Positions 43,328 to 54,670 are shown, counted from the stretch's first letter. The stretch: DNA of 64,000 bases from an uncultured Phycisphaerales bacterium (GCA_963844715.1 CAWJPJ010000007.1:736001-800000), one strand, 5' to 3'. The notes: generated from the letters alone by a model not told the origin. Numbers and translations are program-made.

Positions 43328-44023
43328 ATGGATCAGCCGGTGGCGATTGTGACAGGCGCGGGACGCGGCATCGGCCGCGCCGTCGCCGCCCAATTGTCCG
43401 AGTTGCAATATCGGCTGGCTCTCGTCTCCCGCACGGCCGGCGAACTGCACCAGACTCATATTCTCTGCCGCTCCGAGGCTGAGACCATTCCCGCCGACGT
43501 CTCCAAGTCCGACCAGGTCCAGAATCTCGTACTCCGAACCCTGGGACGTTTCGGCCGCGTGGATGCGCTCATTCATTGCGCGGGCTTCGCACTGAAGCGC
43601 AATCCGGACCAGATGACCGATCAGGAGTGGCACGAAGTCATCGACATCAATCTTTCCTCCGCCTTTTATTTGTCCCGCGCTCTTTGGCCCATCTGGCGCA
43701 AGCAGGGGGGCGGCGCGATGTTGAACGTCTCCTCCTTTGCCGGGCGAGATCCTTTCACCGGCCTGAGCGCCTATGGGGCCGCCAAGGCCGGGCTCAATAT
43801 TCTCAGCCACGCCCTCGCCCGAGAGGGCAAGCCATTCAACATCCGAGTCTACAATGTCGCGCCCGCCGCTACCGAAACAAAAATGTTCCGCTCACTCGTT
43901 CCGCAAGGAACGTTCGCCGACGAGCACATTCTCGATCCCGCCGACGTCGCCAGGGTCATCGTCCAATGCATCCGGGGCGATCTGACCATCACCAGCGGCG
44001 AAGTCATTTATGTGCACAAATAG
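43328..44023 (+). CDS. Short-chain dehydrogenase/reductase
   Basis: IVTGAGRGIG, NVSS, YGAAK catalytic YxxxK. Confidence 0.9.
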   Translation: MDQPVAIVTGAGRGIGRAVAAQLSELQYRLALVSRTAGELHQTHILCRSEAETIPADVSKSDQVQNLVLRTLGRFGRVDALIHCAGFALKRNPDQMTDQEWHEVIDINLSSAFYLSRALWPIWRKQGGGAMLNVSSFAGRDPFTGLSAYGAAKAGLNILSHALAREGKPFNIRVYNVAPAATETKMFRSLVPQGTFADEHILDPADVARVIVQCIRGDLTITSGEVIYVHK

Positions 44024-44098
44024 TCCAGGCTGCGGTACACTCCCCTGAAACCTTTGCCTGCGAATAGCGTCCTAATTGAGGTGAATGGGAGGCCGTCC

Positions 44099-46074
44099 AT
44101 GAAACCGTTCGTCCTGGGAATCGCCCTCAGCCTGTGTTTCGCCTCGGCTCTATCCGCCCAGATTTTTGGCGGCCGCTTCAATCGCGTCGCCCCGGATGGA
44201 TCGATCACCCTCCCCTTCGCTCAGACCGACGCGGCCGGCAATCAATGGATCATCTTCCCCGGCGGCTCGATCCGTCAGCAGCCCCTGCCCGGCGTGCAGG
44301 CCATCTACGGCCAAGCCGAATCCCTCGTCGTCAACAACGCCGTCCCAGGAATGAACGCCAACTTCGCCAGGATCGACAGCAACACCGGCGAACTCGTCAT
44401 CAGCGGCATGAACGGCGCGGGATGCACCGTCACCCGCAGAATCCTCGTCAATTCCCCCGACGGCTTCATCCGCTATATCGATGTCATCAAGAACCCCCAG
44501 GCGCAGGATCAAACCGTTAACCTCCAGCTTCAGACCAATCTCAATTTCGGCGTCACCGGCTCCTCCATCATCGTCGATCCCCATCGCAAGGAAAATCAGA
44601 TCGGCTGGGTTGCCATGACCGGAGCCAATCGCGCTGCCGTCGAAATCTACGCCGGAAAAGGCGCCAAGCTCGTCCCCGCCATCAATTGCGACCAGGGCAA
44701 CACCGTCGTCCAGACCACCTATCAGCTCGAAGTCAAAGCCGGAAAGTCCGTCGCCATCGTTCATTTGCTCGGCTCCGCCGGCAGCATCGAGCAAGGCGCG
44801 GACAGCATCATGGCTTTTAAGGAATCCAAACTCCTTGCCTCGCTTCCCGCCGACGTGCGCCGCATCGTCGTCAACTTCACCACCGCCGGCTCGGTGGTCG
44901 GCGATTACGAAATCCTTCGCGGCGACGCGTTCGACGTCATCGAACTCCGCTCCGGCGACCAGCTCCACGGAACCATCAAGGAAGACGCCTTTAAGCTCAA
45001 CACGTTCTACGGGCAGCTTTCTCTCCCCACCGATCAGGTCGTCGCCATGATGAACGTCGGCCAGTACCGCCCGCGCCAGCTCCTGGTCACCTCCGACGGC
45101 CAGGTCTTCGGCGGCACACTCGATGCCCAAACCATCTCCATGGAGCTCTCCAGCGGGCAGGTCGTCCAGGTCCCGCTGGGCGAAATCACCCGCCTCGGCT
45201 ACCACAAACGCCCCGACGAACCCGACGAATGGAATTTCGATAAACCCACCGTAATCATGCGCAGCGGCGACCGCGTTTTCGTCGATCTTCCCACCGCCCC
45301 CATCGATGTCCTTACCCGTTACGGCGAACTGAAGCTCGACCCCCAATCCATCGGCTCCATCCTTTTCCAAACCGACGACACCGGCGTCCACGAAATTCTC
45401 ATGTCCGACGGCAGCCGCTTCGCCGGCCTCGCCGAAGCGCCGGAATTTGAGATGAAGCTCACCAGCCCCTTTGCCGCCCAGCCCGTGAAATTCCCGGCCA
45501 GCAGTCTGGTCTCCATTCAATTCGCCGCCAAGGTCGCCGATGCCGACGACACAACGCCGTCCCTCCTTCTCCTCAATCAGGACTCGCTCATCGGCACGCT
45601 CGTCGGAGCCCTCAAGCTCGACACCGCTTTCGACACCATCGAGATCAACGCCCCCGAAATTCGCAAAATAGTCCATCCCACCGCCGGCACTCCCGACGTG
45701 CAGGTTACTCTCTGGGACAACACCGTCGTCAGCGGCGTCCTCGAAGAGCAGGATGTCCAGTGCGATCTCCTCTGCGGTGCGCAGATCAACGTGCCCGTTT
45801 CTTTGCTTGCCGAGTACAACCAGCCTCTCCCGCGCCCGTCGGCGCCGGTAATCGACAAGATCAAATCCCTGGCCGCCGATTTAAGCGCCGACGACTGGAA
45901 GCAGCGCGACGAGGCCGAGTCTTCCCTTGAGGCGATCGGTCCCTCCGTCATCAGCGTCCTGCGCGATTTGCGCCGGGCGAATCCCCCGAGGCCCAGGAGC
46001 GCATCGACGCGATCACAAAATCGTTTTCCCTCGGCTCCGACTCGTCTCCCAAGTCCTCCCCCGACAGCCCGTAA
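44099..46074 (+). CDS. Exported protein with six tandem ~50-aa beta-rich repeats and a HEAT-like tail; indel ~45975
   Basis: Signal peptide MKPFVLGIALSLCFASALSA; adding one C at ~45973 gives ..SPEAQERIDAI..SP* at 46074, which separates it from the next gene. Confidence 0.7.
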
Positions 46075-46081
46075 ACCGCCC

Positions 46082-48144
46082 ATGCCCGAGGCGAATTTCA
46101 ACGACATTTTCACCACCGGCGTCGCCCACCACGAAGCCGGGCGGTTGCGCGAAGCCGAAGAACACTACCGCCGCGTCATCGCCGCGAACCCCAAACACGA
46201 CCAGGCCCACGCCATGCTCGCCGTCATCGCCTCGCAATCCGGCCGCTTCGACGACGCCATCGAATTGATCCTTCAGGCCATCACGCTCGCCCCCGATCGC
46301 GCTGAGCATCATTACAACCACGGCCTGATCCTCGCCGAGGCCGATCGTCCCGACGACGCCATGACCGCCTATCGCCGCGCCCTCGCCGCCGATCCGGCCC
46401 TGGCGCCCGCTCACTACAATCTGGGAAATCTTCTCAGCAACAAGCAGCGTTATTCCGAAGCCGCCGATTCCTTCCGCCTGCGCTGGCCCTGCAGTCTCGC
46501 TGGCCCGACGCCCTGACCAATCTAGGCAGCGCCCTCGACGCCCAGGGCCGCCGCCAGGAAGCCGCCAATACCTTTGCCGCCGCCCTGAAAATCAATCCCA
46601 ATCACGTCAACGCGATGGTCAATCTCGGCAACTGTCTGTATCGCCAGCAACGCCTCGATGATGCCATCGCCGTTCTGCGCCGCGCCGTCTCCCTCGACCC
46701 GGCAAACGCCCGCGCCTTCTTTAATCTCGGCACCGTCCTCAGCCACCAGTCGCGTTATGACGAAGCTGTCGATTGTCTCACCCGCGCGGTTTCCCTCGAT
46801 CCCAATTTCGGCGACGCCTACGTGAACCTCGGCAAAGTCTGCCGCGAGTCCGGCGACTTCGACGCCGCCCTGACCTATTACCGCCGGGCCCTGTCGCTCA
46901 ATCCAAATCACGCCAGCGTCCACAGCAACATCGTCTATGGAATGCACTTCGATCCGCGTTACGGCGCCCGCGCTCTTTTTGCCGAATTATCCGAATGGGA
47001 TCGCCGCCACGCCCAGTCGCTTCGCTCAGAAATTCTCCCGCATGAGAACGACCGCTCCCCCTCGCGGCCGCTCAGAATCGGCTACGTCTCCACCGAATTC
47101 TGGGCCCAGGCCGAAGCCCATTTCGTCCTTCCCCTCCTCGAATCCCACGATCGCACCCAATTCGAAATTCATTGCTATTCGACAGGCGACATCGCCGACT
47201 CCGTCACCGAGCGCCATCGCAAAGCAACCGATTTCTGGCACGAAGCCGCCCGCCTGCCCGACGCCGAACTCGCCCAGCAAATCCGCGACGACCGGATCGA
47301 CATCCTCGTCGATCTCAACATGCATATGCACTACAACCGCCTGCTGACTTTCGCCCGCAAACCCGCCCCAATTCAAATCACCTGGATCGCCTACCCCGGC
47401 GGCACCGGCGTCACCACAATCGACTATCGCTTCACCGACAACTTCATCGATCCCCCCGGCGACACCACCGGTATCTACGCCGAGCAATCCCTTCCCCTCG
47501 GTGATTGCTGGTGCGCCTACGATCCGCTCTCCAATCTCCCCTCAGCCCCCGAGCGATCCCCCGGCCCCATCCGCTTCGGCTCCCTGAACAATCCCTGCAA
47601 AATAAACGATCCTTTCCTCGAGCTTTGGTCCTCGGTCCTCCGCGCCCTTCCCGATTCGCAATTGCTCCTCCTGAGCAATTCCGATCGGCAGCGAAATCGA
47701 ATCCGCAACATTTTGGACAGCCACGGCGTCGCCCCCGCGCACGTCGAATTTATCTCGACGCTCCCGCGCGAGAAATATCTCCAAACCTATCACCGCATCG
47801 ACATCGCCCTCGACACCCTTCCCTACAATGGCATAACCACCACCTGCGACGCCCTCTGGATGGGAGTCCCGGTCGTCACCCTCACCGGCCAAACCGCCTG
47901 CGGCCGCGCCGGCCAAAGCCTCCTCACCGCAGCCGGCCTCCCCGATCTCGTCGCCAAGACCCCCGAAGATTTCACCAAAATTGCCGCGAATCTCGCCGCC
48001 GATCCCTCTCGCCTGGCCGCCCTCCGCCAATCCCTCCGCCAAAGCGTCACCCAAAGCCCCTTGATGGACGGCTCCTCCTTCGCCAGGAGGGTTGAATCCG
48101 CCTATCGCCAAATCTGGCGGAAATGGTGCTCGTCCGATAAATAG
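46082..48144 (+). CDS. TPR protein with GT41 (O-GlcNAc transferase/SPINDLY-like) catalytic domain; apparent frameshift ~46480
   Basis: Multiple TPRs; RIGYVS, IDILVDL, KPAPIQ, FGSLNNPCK, DIALDTLPYNG.TTTCDALWMGVPVVTL. Confidence 0.85.
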
Positions 48145-48261
48145 CGTGCTTGCGGAGCGCCCGCCGTATATGCAACCAAAATTCATTTGCCGCCGAGGTT
48201 TACATTAAGAGCCCGTTTATCCTCTTGGCGAAACCCCGTACCCGAACCTAAACTACCCCGC

Positions 48262-49143
48262 ATGAGTTCGCCGCCGTTGCCAAGGGAGCCGGGCGATCCC
48301 AAAGGACCCCTGGGGATCATCGCCGGGGAAGGCGTTTTTCCCATTCTGGTCGCCCGCGGCGCTCGCGCCGCCGGAAGAAAGGTCGTCGCCGCTGGCTTCA
48401 GCGGTCTGGCGTGGCCCGAACTCCGCGAGGAAGTCGATGTCTACAAATCCGTTGGCATCGTTCGCCTCGGCCAATGGATCCGCGTCCTGCGCGGCGAAGG
48501 CTGCTCCCAGGCCATCCTCGTCGGACGCGTCGCCAAGGAGAAAATTTACACCCGCTGGCGGCTGTTCCGTTTCATTCCCGATCTTCGAACCTGCAAGATC
48601 TGGTTCTATCATCTACATCGTGATAAACGTGATCAGTCCGTGCTCAACGCCATCGACCGAGAATTGGCTTCGGAAGGAATTCACTTGATCGACTCCACGA
48701 CATATTGCGCCGAACATCTGGCCGCCGTAGGCCTCATGACCCAGCGACAGCCATCGCAAAAACAATGGGACGACATCCATTACGGCTGGGACCTCGGCCA
48801 GACCATCAGCCGCCTCGACATCGGCCAGTCCATCGCCGTCGTTGACAAAAACGTCCTAGCCGTCGAAGCCGTGGAAGGCACCAACGCCATGATCGAACGC
48901 GCCGGCAGCCTCTGCAAAGTAGGGGGGTGGACCCTCATCAAGGTCTCCAACGTCCACCACGACATGCGCCTCGATGTCCCCACCGTCGGCACCACAACCA
49001 TAGAAAAACTCCACGCCGCCGGCGCCACCGCGCTGGTCCTGGAGCCCGGCAAAACCATCATCCTGGAAAAGGCGAAAGTACTGGAATTGGCCGACCGTTA
49101 TCGCATTGCCGTGGTAGGCTACTCCCCCGAGGTCGGCCGCTGA
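48262..49143 (+). CDS. lpxI: UDP-2,3-diacylglucosamine diphosphatase (DUF1009)
   Basis: LGIIAGEG.FP, LDIGQ..V, AVEAVEGT..MI.R, DMRLDVPTVG. Confidence 0.85.
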   Translation: MSSPPLPREPGDPKGPLGIIAGEGVFPILVARGARAAGRKVVAAGFSGLAWPELREEVDVYKSVGIVRLGQWIRVLRGEGCSQAILVGRVAKEKIYTRWRLFRFIPDLRTCKIWFYHLHRDKRDQSVLNAIDRELASEGIHLIDSTTYCAEHLAAVGLMTQRQPSQKQWDDIHYGWDLGQTISRLDIGQSIAVVDKNVLAVEAVEGTNAMIERAGSLCKVGGWTLIKVSNVHHDMRLDVPTVGTTTIEKLHAAGATALVLEPGKTIILEKAKVLELADRYRIAVVGYSPEVGR

Positions 49144-50000
49144 TCCTGAATTACCGGCTCCAACACCTCCGCCCCAAACGCCCCGCGCAACCACTCAAAG
49201 TGCCCGCCGTAAACCCCGTATTCCTTCCACTCTCGCGCAAACGCATGCTGAAACACCCTCTTTCTCTCGCTTTCATCCAAACCGATTAACGTAAACCCGC
49301 GCCGCCCGGCCCCGCTCCGATGCACGCCGTCATAATTCCCAAAAATCTCCGGCCCCAATCCCTGCCAGAAATCGTCATCCTCGCTGTAAAAAACATGCAA
49401 CACCCGGCAATGCTCCAGCGCTCCCTTCAAGTCATAATCCGGCGACACCGCCGGCGCCAGCAAAATCACCGGCCCCACCGAAAAGCTCAGCCGCGGCAGC
49501 GCCCCCAAAATCACCCCCGCCCCAGCGCTATGCCCGATCAGGGCAATCTCCTCATCCGGATTTTTCTCCCGCAAAGAAGTCAGATATTCCGCCAACTTCT
49601 TCTCCGCCGCCTCATGCAAATTCCCCGACGACAAATTCACCAGCATCAGCGGCCACGGATATCCCCAATCAAATGTCTCGATGCGACCCCTCTGGCCCCC
49701 ATCCGCCAACCCCCGGCAAAGCCCCCCATAATCCGGCCCATCCCCGGCAATACCGGGCACCACGATTACAAGTCCCTTCGACCCGGAATTCAGCACCGGA
49801 CTTGCGCAGCCAGCCAAAAGGAGTACGATTCCCGCAAAAAACGGCCAGCTTCCAAATGACGAAATTCGAATGACGAATGACGAATCAAATTCCAATGATC
49901 GAATGACCGAATGAAGACTCATTCGAGCATTTGGGCATTTGGGCATTGATTCGTCATTTATCATTCGAATTTCGTCATTGCGCCGCCTCGTTTGTACCAT
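49119..50000 (-). CDS. Alpha/beta-hydrolase lipoprotein with a repeat element read in frame within its leader (start uncertain)
   Basis: LAGC lipobox, VPGIAG, GHSAG nucleophile elbow, LLAPAVS. Confidence 0.7.
   Translation of the reverse strand: MVQTRRRNDEIRMINDESMPKCPNARMSLHSVIRSLEFDSSFVIRISSFGSWPFFAGIVLLLAGCASPVLNSGSKGLVIVVPGIAGDGPDYGGLCRGLADGGQRGRIETFDWGYPWPLMLVNLSSGNLHEAAEKKLAEYLTSLREKNPDEEIALIGHSAGAGVILGALPRLSFSVGPVILLAPAVSPDYDLKGALEHCRVLHVFYSEDDDFWQGLGPEIFGNYDGVHRSGAGRRGFTLIGLDESERKRVFQHAFAREWKEYGVYGGHFEWLRGAFGAEVLEPVIQDQRPTSGE
49854..49979. repeat. Palindromic heptamer-repeat element (126 bp)
   Basis: 34-bp inverted arms AATGACGAAATTCGAATGA(CG/TA)AATGACGAATCAA with 2 mismatches. Confidence 0.9.
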
Positions 50001-50040
50001 CCCACACCGCCCGACTAAAATGCCTTGCTCAAGGAACGAC

Positions 50041-50745
50041 ATGACTCAACCCGACAAACCCATCACCCGCCAATTCGTCAACTACGCATTCTTTAAACTA
50101 GACCCTGCATTCCGGCGTCTGGCCGAGACCGAGAAACTACAGGCCCGAGAAGAATTCGCCGCCGCCTTTGCCCAACCCCAGCCCGGCCTCCTCTGCCTCG
50201 CCTACAGCACCGTCGCCCTTCGCTCCGATTGCGACTTTCTCCTCTGGCGAATCGCCGCCACCAGTGACGATATCCAATCCCACACCCAGTCCCTCAATCG
50301 CACGCGCCTGGCCGGCTATCTCTCCACCCCCTGGTCTTTCATCTCCATGACCAAGCGCAGCATGTACGTCGACAAGACCGACCCCTTCCACACCCCCGAA
50401 AGCCGCACCCATCTCATCCCGGGCAAGCGCAAATATCTCTTCGTCTATCCCTTCGTCAAAACCCGCGCCTGGTATCTTCTCCCCTTGGCCGAGCGGCAGG
50501 CCATCATGGACGTCCACATCAAGGTCGGCAACAAATACCCCAGCGTCAAACTCAACACCTCTTACAGCTTCGGCCTGGACGATCAGGAATTCGTCGTTGC
50601 CTTCGAGACGGATGAGCCCAAGGATTTCGTCGATCTTGTGATGGAGCTTCGCGAAACCGAAAGCAGCAAATATACCCTTCGCGACACGCCGATTTTCACT
50701 TGCGTCCAGACTCCGATCCCGCAGATTCTCGATCAGCTTTTTTAG
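50041..50745 (+). CDS. Chlorite dismutase family protein (coproheme decarboxylase/HemQ-like)
   Basis: YS..LR.D.DFLLW, FVYPFVKTRAWY, H..VG, YSFGLDDQEFVVAFE, LRET. Confidence 0.85.
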   Translation: MTQPDKPITRQFVNYAFFKLDPAFRRLAETEKLQAREEFAAAFAQPQPGLLCLAYSTVALRSDCDFLLWRIAATSDDIQSHTQSLNRTRLAGYLSTPWSFISMTKRSMYVDKTDPFHTPESRTHLIPGKRKYLFVYPFVKTRAWYLLPLAERQAIMDVHIKVGNKYPSVKLNTSYSFGLDDQEFVVAFETDEPKDFVDLVMELRETESSKYTLRDTPIFTCVQTPIPQILDQLF

Positions 50746-50747
50746 AA

Positions 50748-52360
50748 ATGGGGTTACCGCCGTCTATTTTCCAGCGCGTTCGCAGGGTCGCCGCATTTCA
50801 CGAATCGACCAAGTTGAAGTCGCCCCTGCCGCCTCCCATCGATGCGCCGCGCCCGTCCCCGTTCCGCATTTTCACGGATTTGGGCAGAACCGAACTCCCC
50901 ACCAGCCTCCTGGCCAGCCCCACGCCCACGATTTCCCTGCTTCGCCACGGCCTCGACGCCGTCCCCGAGTCCCATCGCCAGCCCGCCCAAAATCTCCAGA
51001 CGCTCGCCACCTGGCTCTATTTCGGGGCCGGTTCCATCGCTCAGGGCGACGCCGCTCCCCCGCGCGTCTACGCCAGCGAAGATTTCCTCTTCCCCACCGA
51101 AATCTACGCCGCCGTCTTCGCCATCGACGGCCTCGAACCCGGCCTCTATCACTTCTGCGTCCGCGACTTTTCCCTCCGTCGCCTCCGCTATGGCTGGGAA
51201 ACTCTCTCCCAAATCAAGCGCGGCCGCCCCGATCTGGAATATCTCAAAACCACGCCCGCCGTCCTGCTCGTCTCGTCCGTCTTCTGCCGCTCCACCTGGC
51301 GATTCGCCCAGCGCGGCTATCGCTCGTCGGCCGTCGAAGCCGGACGCGTCATCCAAAATCTCTCCACCGTCGCCGCCGCACTCGGCATGCAGACTTTCGT
51401 CCGCCTCGCCATCAACGCCAAATCCATGCAAACCCTCATCGGCGTGCCCAGTGACGCCCCCTTCGCCGACGCCGAGGCCGTTCACGGCCTGGTCATCTGG
51501 GCCGACCCCGCCACCCGGCCCATTCTCCCTCCCCCAGCCACTCGTCGGCGAGAATGTCCCCCATCCCGCGCCCCGCCCTGGCCGCGAAGATCATCGCATG
51601 CGATCCCGTTCCATCCGTTCACCACGACTGCGTCGCCCCCGGCGTCGCCGTGCGCGAAATCCGCCCGCCTCTCACCGAACTTTCCCCGATCCCCGAAAGT
51701 TTCCCCGCCGCCGATCTCCCCGATCCCGAAGCCAACTCCCCCTTCGAGCCCGGCGAATCGATCACTCGCCTGCTGATGTCCGCCGCTCACGCGCCCGGTT
51801 TCACTTCCGCCGAAATCTCCCAATCGCAATTATGGAACCTCGTCCGCTGCGCCTTCCGCTGGGGAACCAGTTACCCACTTTTCCCCGAGGGTCCCCATGT
51901 CGCACTCATCCGCCCCCTCTGGGTCCTCCGCCAGGTCACCGGCTTCGAGCCCGGCGCCTGGTATTTTAACCCCGTCACCGACGCCTGGTCTCTCCTCCGT
52001 CCCGGCGTTTATAAGTCGGAAATCCGCCGTCTCGTTCTCGGCAACGCCCACTTCGATCAAGCGGCCGCCACGTGCTTTCTCATCGCCAATCTATACCGCC
52101 TCATGTCCGAAGCCGGCCCCGATCTCTACCGCCTCGCCCACCTGGAATCCGGCGCCGCCATCCAGCGCCTCGACCTGGCCGCCCGAGCCATCAACCTTTC
52201 CACAATCGCCACCACCGCCTTCGCCGACGACGACACCCGCCGCTTCTTCGGTCTCGACCGCACCTTCTGGCACCCCCTAGCCGTCGCCGCCTTGGGCTCG
52301 CCGTCCCCGTCCATTACAGCGCAAAACCGTGACCGCGAAACCCGATCCCGAAGTCATTAG
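50748..52360 (+). CDS. SagB/ThcOx-type tandem nitroreductase-domain protein; apparent frameshift ~51537
   Basis: FHESTK, GLEPGLYHF, RGYR...EAG..QN; second domain YRLAHLESG...QRL.L. Confidence 0.75.
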
Positions 52361-52375
52361 GCGTTAAACGACCGA

Positions 52376-52420
52376 TCATTCAGGCATTCATTCGCCATTC
52401 TGGTTTCGGGTTTCGGACTT
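52376..52420. repeat. Degenerate heptamer-repeat arm
   Basis: CATTCAG..CATTCGC CATTCTG GTTTCGG GTTTCGG, similar to the arms at 53.8 kb and 62.3 kb. Confidence 0.55.
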
Positions 52421-52442
52421 CCCGGCTTCACCGGGTTCCTCC

Positions 52443-52471
52443 TTGTCCCGCCCGCCCATTGTCTGTACATT
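52443..52471 (+). promoter_or_regulatory. Sigma70-type promoter of metK
   Basis: TTGTCC-N17-TACATT, then AGGAG RBS at ~52503 before GTG 52518. Confidence 0.55.
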
Positions 52472-52517
52472 TCCCCACCGATTTATCATTTTGACAAGGA
52501 ATAGGAGAACTCAAACC

Positions 52518-53756
52518 GTGCCGTCCGCCATACAGAACTTCCGCCGTACCCAGCACCTATTTACCAGCGAATCCGTAACCATGGGGCATCCCGACAAAGT
52601 CGCCGACCAGATCAGCGACGCCGTCCTCGATGCCCTCCTTGCCCAGGATCCGCGCAGCCGTGTGGCCGTCGAAACCCTCGTCACCACCGGCCAGGTCGTC
52701 CTGGCCGGCGAAGTCACCACCAGGCTTACGTCGATGCCGCCCAGATCGCCCGCAACACCATCCGCGAGATCGGCTACACCCATCCCGATATCGGCTTCGA
52801 CTTCCATAGTTGCGGCGTGCTTACCGCCATCCACAGCCAATCCCCCGATATCGCCCGCGGCGTCGACCGCGCCGAGGACGACAGCAAGGAGCAAGGCGCC
52901 GGCGACCAGGGCCTCATGTTCGGCTACGCCTGCGACGAAACCCCCGAACTCATGCCTCTGCCCGATCCATTTGGCTCACCGCCTCGTCGAGCGCCTCGCC
53001 GAAATGCGCGAAAAGCAAAAACTCTCCTGGCTGCGCCCCGACGGCAAAAGCCAGGTGACCGTCGAATATCGCAACGAGCAGCCCACGCGCGTCCACACCG
53101 TCGTCGTCAGTACTCAGCACGACGAGTCCGTCATCGATAAAAAGCACGATTGCATTTCCGAAAAAGCCAAGAAACAAATCATCGAGCAGGTGATCAAACC
53201 CGTCATCCCCAAGAAACTCTGGAACGACGACATCGTCTTCCACATCAACCCGACCGGAAAATTCGTCGTCGGCGGCCCGCATGGCGACACCGGCCTGACC
53301 GGCCGAAAGATCATCGTCGACAGCTACGGCGGCCGCGGCGCCCATGGCGGCGGGGCGTTCAGCGGCAAAGACCCCAGCAAAGTCGATCGTTCCGCCTGCT
53401 ACATGGGCCGCTATATCGCCAAGAATATCGTCGCCGCCGGCCTCGCCCGTTGCGCCGAGGTCCAGCTCGCTTACGCCATCGGCGTCGCCCATCCCGTCTC
53501 CGTCACCGTCAGCACCGAAGGCACCGCCGTCATCCCCGAGGACCAGATCGCCGAGTTGATCAAGGACCATTTCCCGCTCACCCCGCGCGGCATCATCCGC
53601 CATCTCGATCTGCTCCGCCCCATCTACAAACAAACCGCCCGCCACGGCCACTTCGGCAGAATCCCCGGCCGCGACGGCGCCTTCAGTTGGGAAAAAACCG
53701 ACAAAGCCGCCGACCTAGCCAAAGCCGCGGGGCTAACTGTCCGCAAGGCTGGTTGA
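52518..53756 (+). CDS. metK: S-adenosylmethionine synthetase; apparent frameshifts ~52722 and ~52962
   Basis: [49 protein letters not shown]. Confidence 0.95.
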   Translation: MPSAIQNFRRTQHLFTSESVTMGHPDKVADQISDAVLDALLAQDPRSRVAVETLVTTGQVVLAGEVTTRLTSMPPRSPATPSARSATPIPISASTSIVAACLPPSTANPPISPAASTAPRTTARSKAPATRASCSATPATKPPNSCLCPIHLAHRLVERLAEMREKQKLSWLRPDGKSQVTVEYRNEQPTRVHTVVVSTQHDESVIDKKHDCISEKAKKQIIEQVIKPVIPKKLWNDDIVFHINPTGKFVVGGPHGDTGLTGRKIIVDSYGGRGAHGGGAFSGKDPSKVDRSACYMGRYIAKNIVAAGLARCAEVQLAYAIGVAHPVSVTVSTEGTAVIPEDQIAELIKDHFPLTPRGIIRHLDLLRPIYKQTARHGHFGRIPGRDGAFSWEKTDKAADLAKAAGLTVRKAG

Positions 53757-53776
53757 TTCTTGAAAACCAGTAGCAA

Positions 53777-53876
53777 GAATGACGACCCGAACCAGGGTAA
53801 TCGGATAAGCGAAACGCCATTTAGTCATTCGGGAATTCGGGTTTGATTCGTCATTCTGATTTCTGGTTTCGGATTT
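53777..53876. repeat. Degenerate palindromic heptamer element
   Basis: Short left arm GAATGACG..CCCGAA; right arm GGGTTTGATTCGTCATTCTGATTTCTGGTTTCGGATTT. Confidence 0.65.
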
Positions 53877-53893
53877 ATTCAGGAGATCCTCCC

Positions 53894-54412
53894 ATGCGCC
53901 ACATCCTCTCCCTCATTGCGGTCTGCTGCTCCATCCTCGCTCTTTCCCCCGTCGCGCGGGCCGATGATCAACAAGTCGACAACCCCCTCTTCCAGATCTG
54001 GTCCAAATACAACGTCGGCTCCAGCGAAACTTTCGACACCAACATCAACACCGGCAGCATGCAGATGCAATTCGAGGCGCAACACGTCCTCGCCGAAAAG
54101 GCCGCGGATCATGTCACGGTCACGATCACCCAGACCATGCAGATGATGGGCCAGGCTCACACCACCACGCGCTCGCAGACCTATCAGGCCAAAATTGATG
54201 CCGGCAATGCCCAGCAGGTCGGCGAGGAAAAAGTCGACGCCGCCGGGAAAACTTGGGACTGCAAGGTCTGGGAACTGAAGAGCGTCGAGAAGCAGGGCGA
54301 CACCGTCAAAGTCTGGTCCAACGATCAAGTTCCCGGCGGCATGATCAAAATGGAAGCCACCCTGCCACAGGGCACGGTCCAGTCGCTGCTCAAAAGCTAC
54401 GAAATAAAGTAA
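53894..54412 (+). CDS. Exported hypothetical protein (beta-rich)
   Basis: AGGAG RBS; signal peptide ending ARA-D; V.AAGK.WDC..WSN.QVPGG motif. Confidence 0.7.
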   Translation: MRHILSLIAVCCSILALSPVARADDQQVDNPLFQIWSKYNVGSSETFDTNINTGSMQMQFEAQHVLAEKAADHVTVTITQTMQMMGQAHTTTRSQTYQAKIDAGNAQQVGEEKVDAAGKTWDCKVWELKSVEKQGDTVKVWSNDQVPGGMIKMEATLPQGTVQSLLKSYEIK

Positions 54413-54418
54413 ACGCCC

Positions 54419-54670
54419 CTAATCCGGCCGTATCCCGGTTTGTTCTCGGCTTGCCTTTTCGCGAGAGCATCGCGCCCATCGTCTGTAGATCGCTTGACAC
54501 ATCATTATCCCCAAAAACACGAGCACGCCCGGATGCGTCTTTGACCAGATTGCCAGCGCAACAATGAACAAGACCGCCGACGCCAGCGCTAGACCATCCA
54601 AGATCCAATTGAGAAGCTTTCTGACGAATTCACCCATTGTGCCCACCCATTGAGGATTAAGTTCGCCCAC
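54419..54670 (-). CDS. Possible small two-TM membrane protein
   Basis: ORF with two hydrophobic segments filling an otherwise empty gap; no recognised motif. Confidence 0.35.
   Translation of the reverse strand: MGELNPQWVGTMGEFVRKLLNWILDGLALASAVLFIVALAIWSKTHPGVLVFLGIMMCQAIYRRWARCSREKASREQTGIRPD

Noticed and set aside
44150..45676. Long antisense/shadow ORFs (this one, also 1211-2323, 32462-33451, 35031-36185, 55464-56717)
   Set aside because: Expected in high-GC DNA opposite real genes; no recognisable motifs.
44054..46516. 820-aa ORF fusing an exported protein to TPRs
   Set aside because: A one-base indel near 45975 explains it; the corrected frame stops at 46074 and the TPR-GT41 gene starts at 46082.
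50041..50745. Perchlorate/chlorite respiration
   Set aside because: Protein is cytoplasmic and HemQ-like with no (per)chlorate reductase genes; heme biosynthesis is the simpler explanation.
50748..52360. RiPP (azole) biosynthetic cluster around the SagB-like protein
   Set aside because: No YcaO, precursor peptide or dedicated transporter nearby; neighbours are housekeeping genes.
52436..52507. Possible SAM riboswitch or anti-SD helix before metK (TTCCTCCTTGTC pairing with GACAAGGA-ATA-GGAG)
   Set aside because: No SAM-I/II/V core motifs are recognisable, and the 5' strand overlaps a plausible -35 box (TTGTCC-N17-TACATT), so it would be absent from the transcript.
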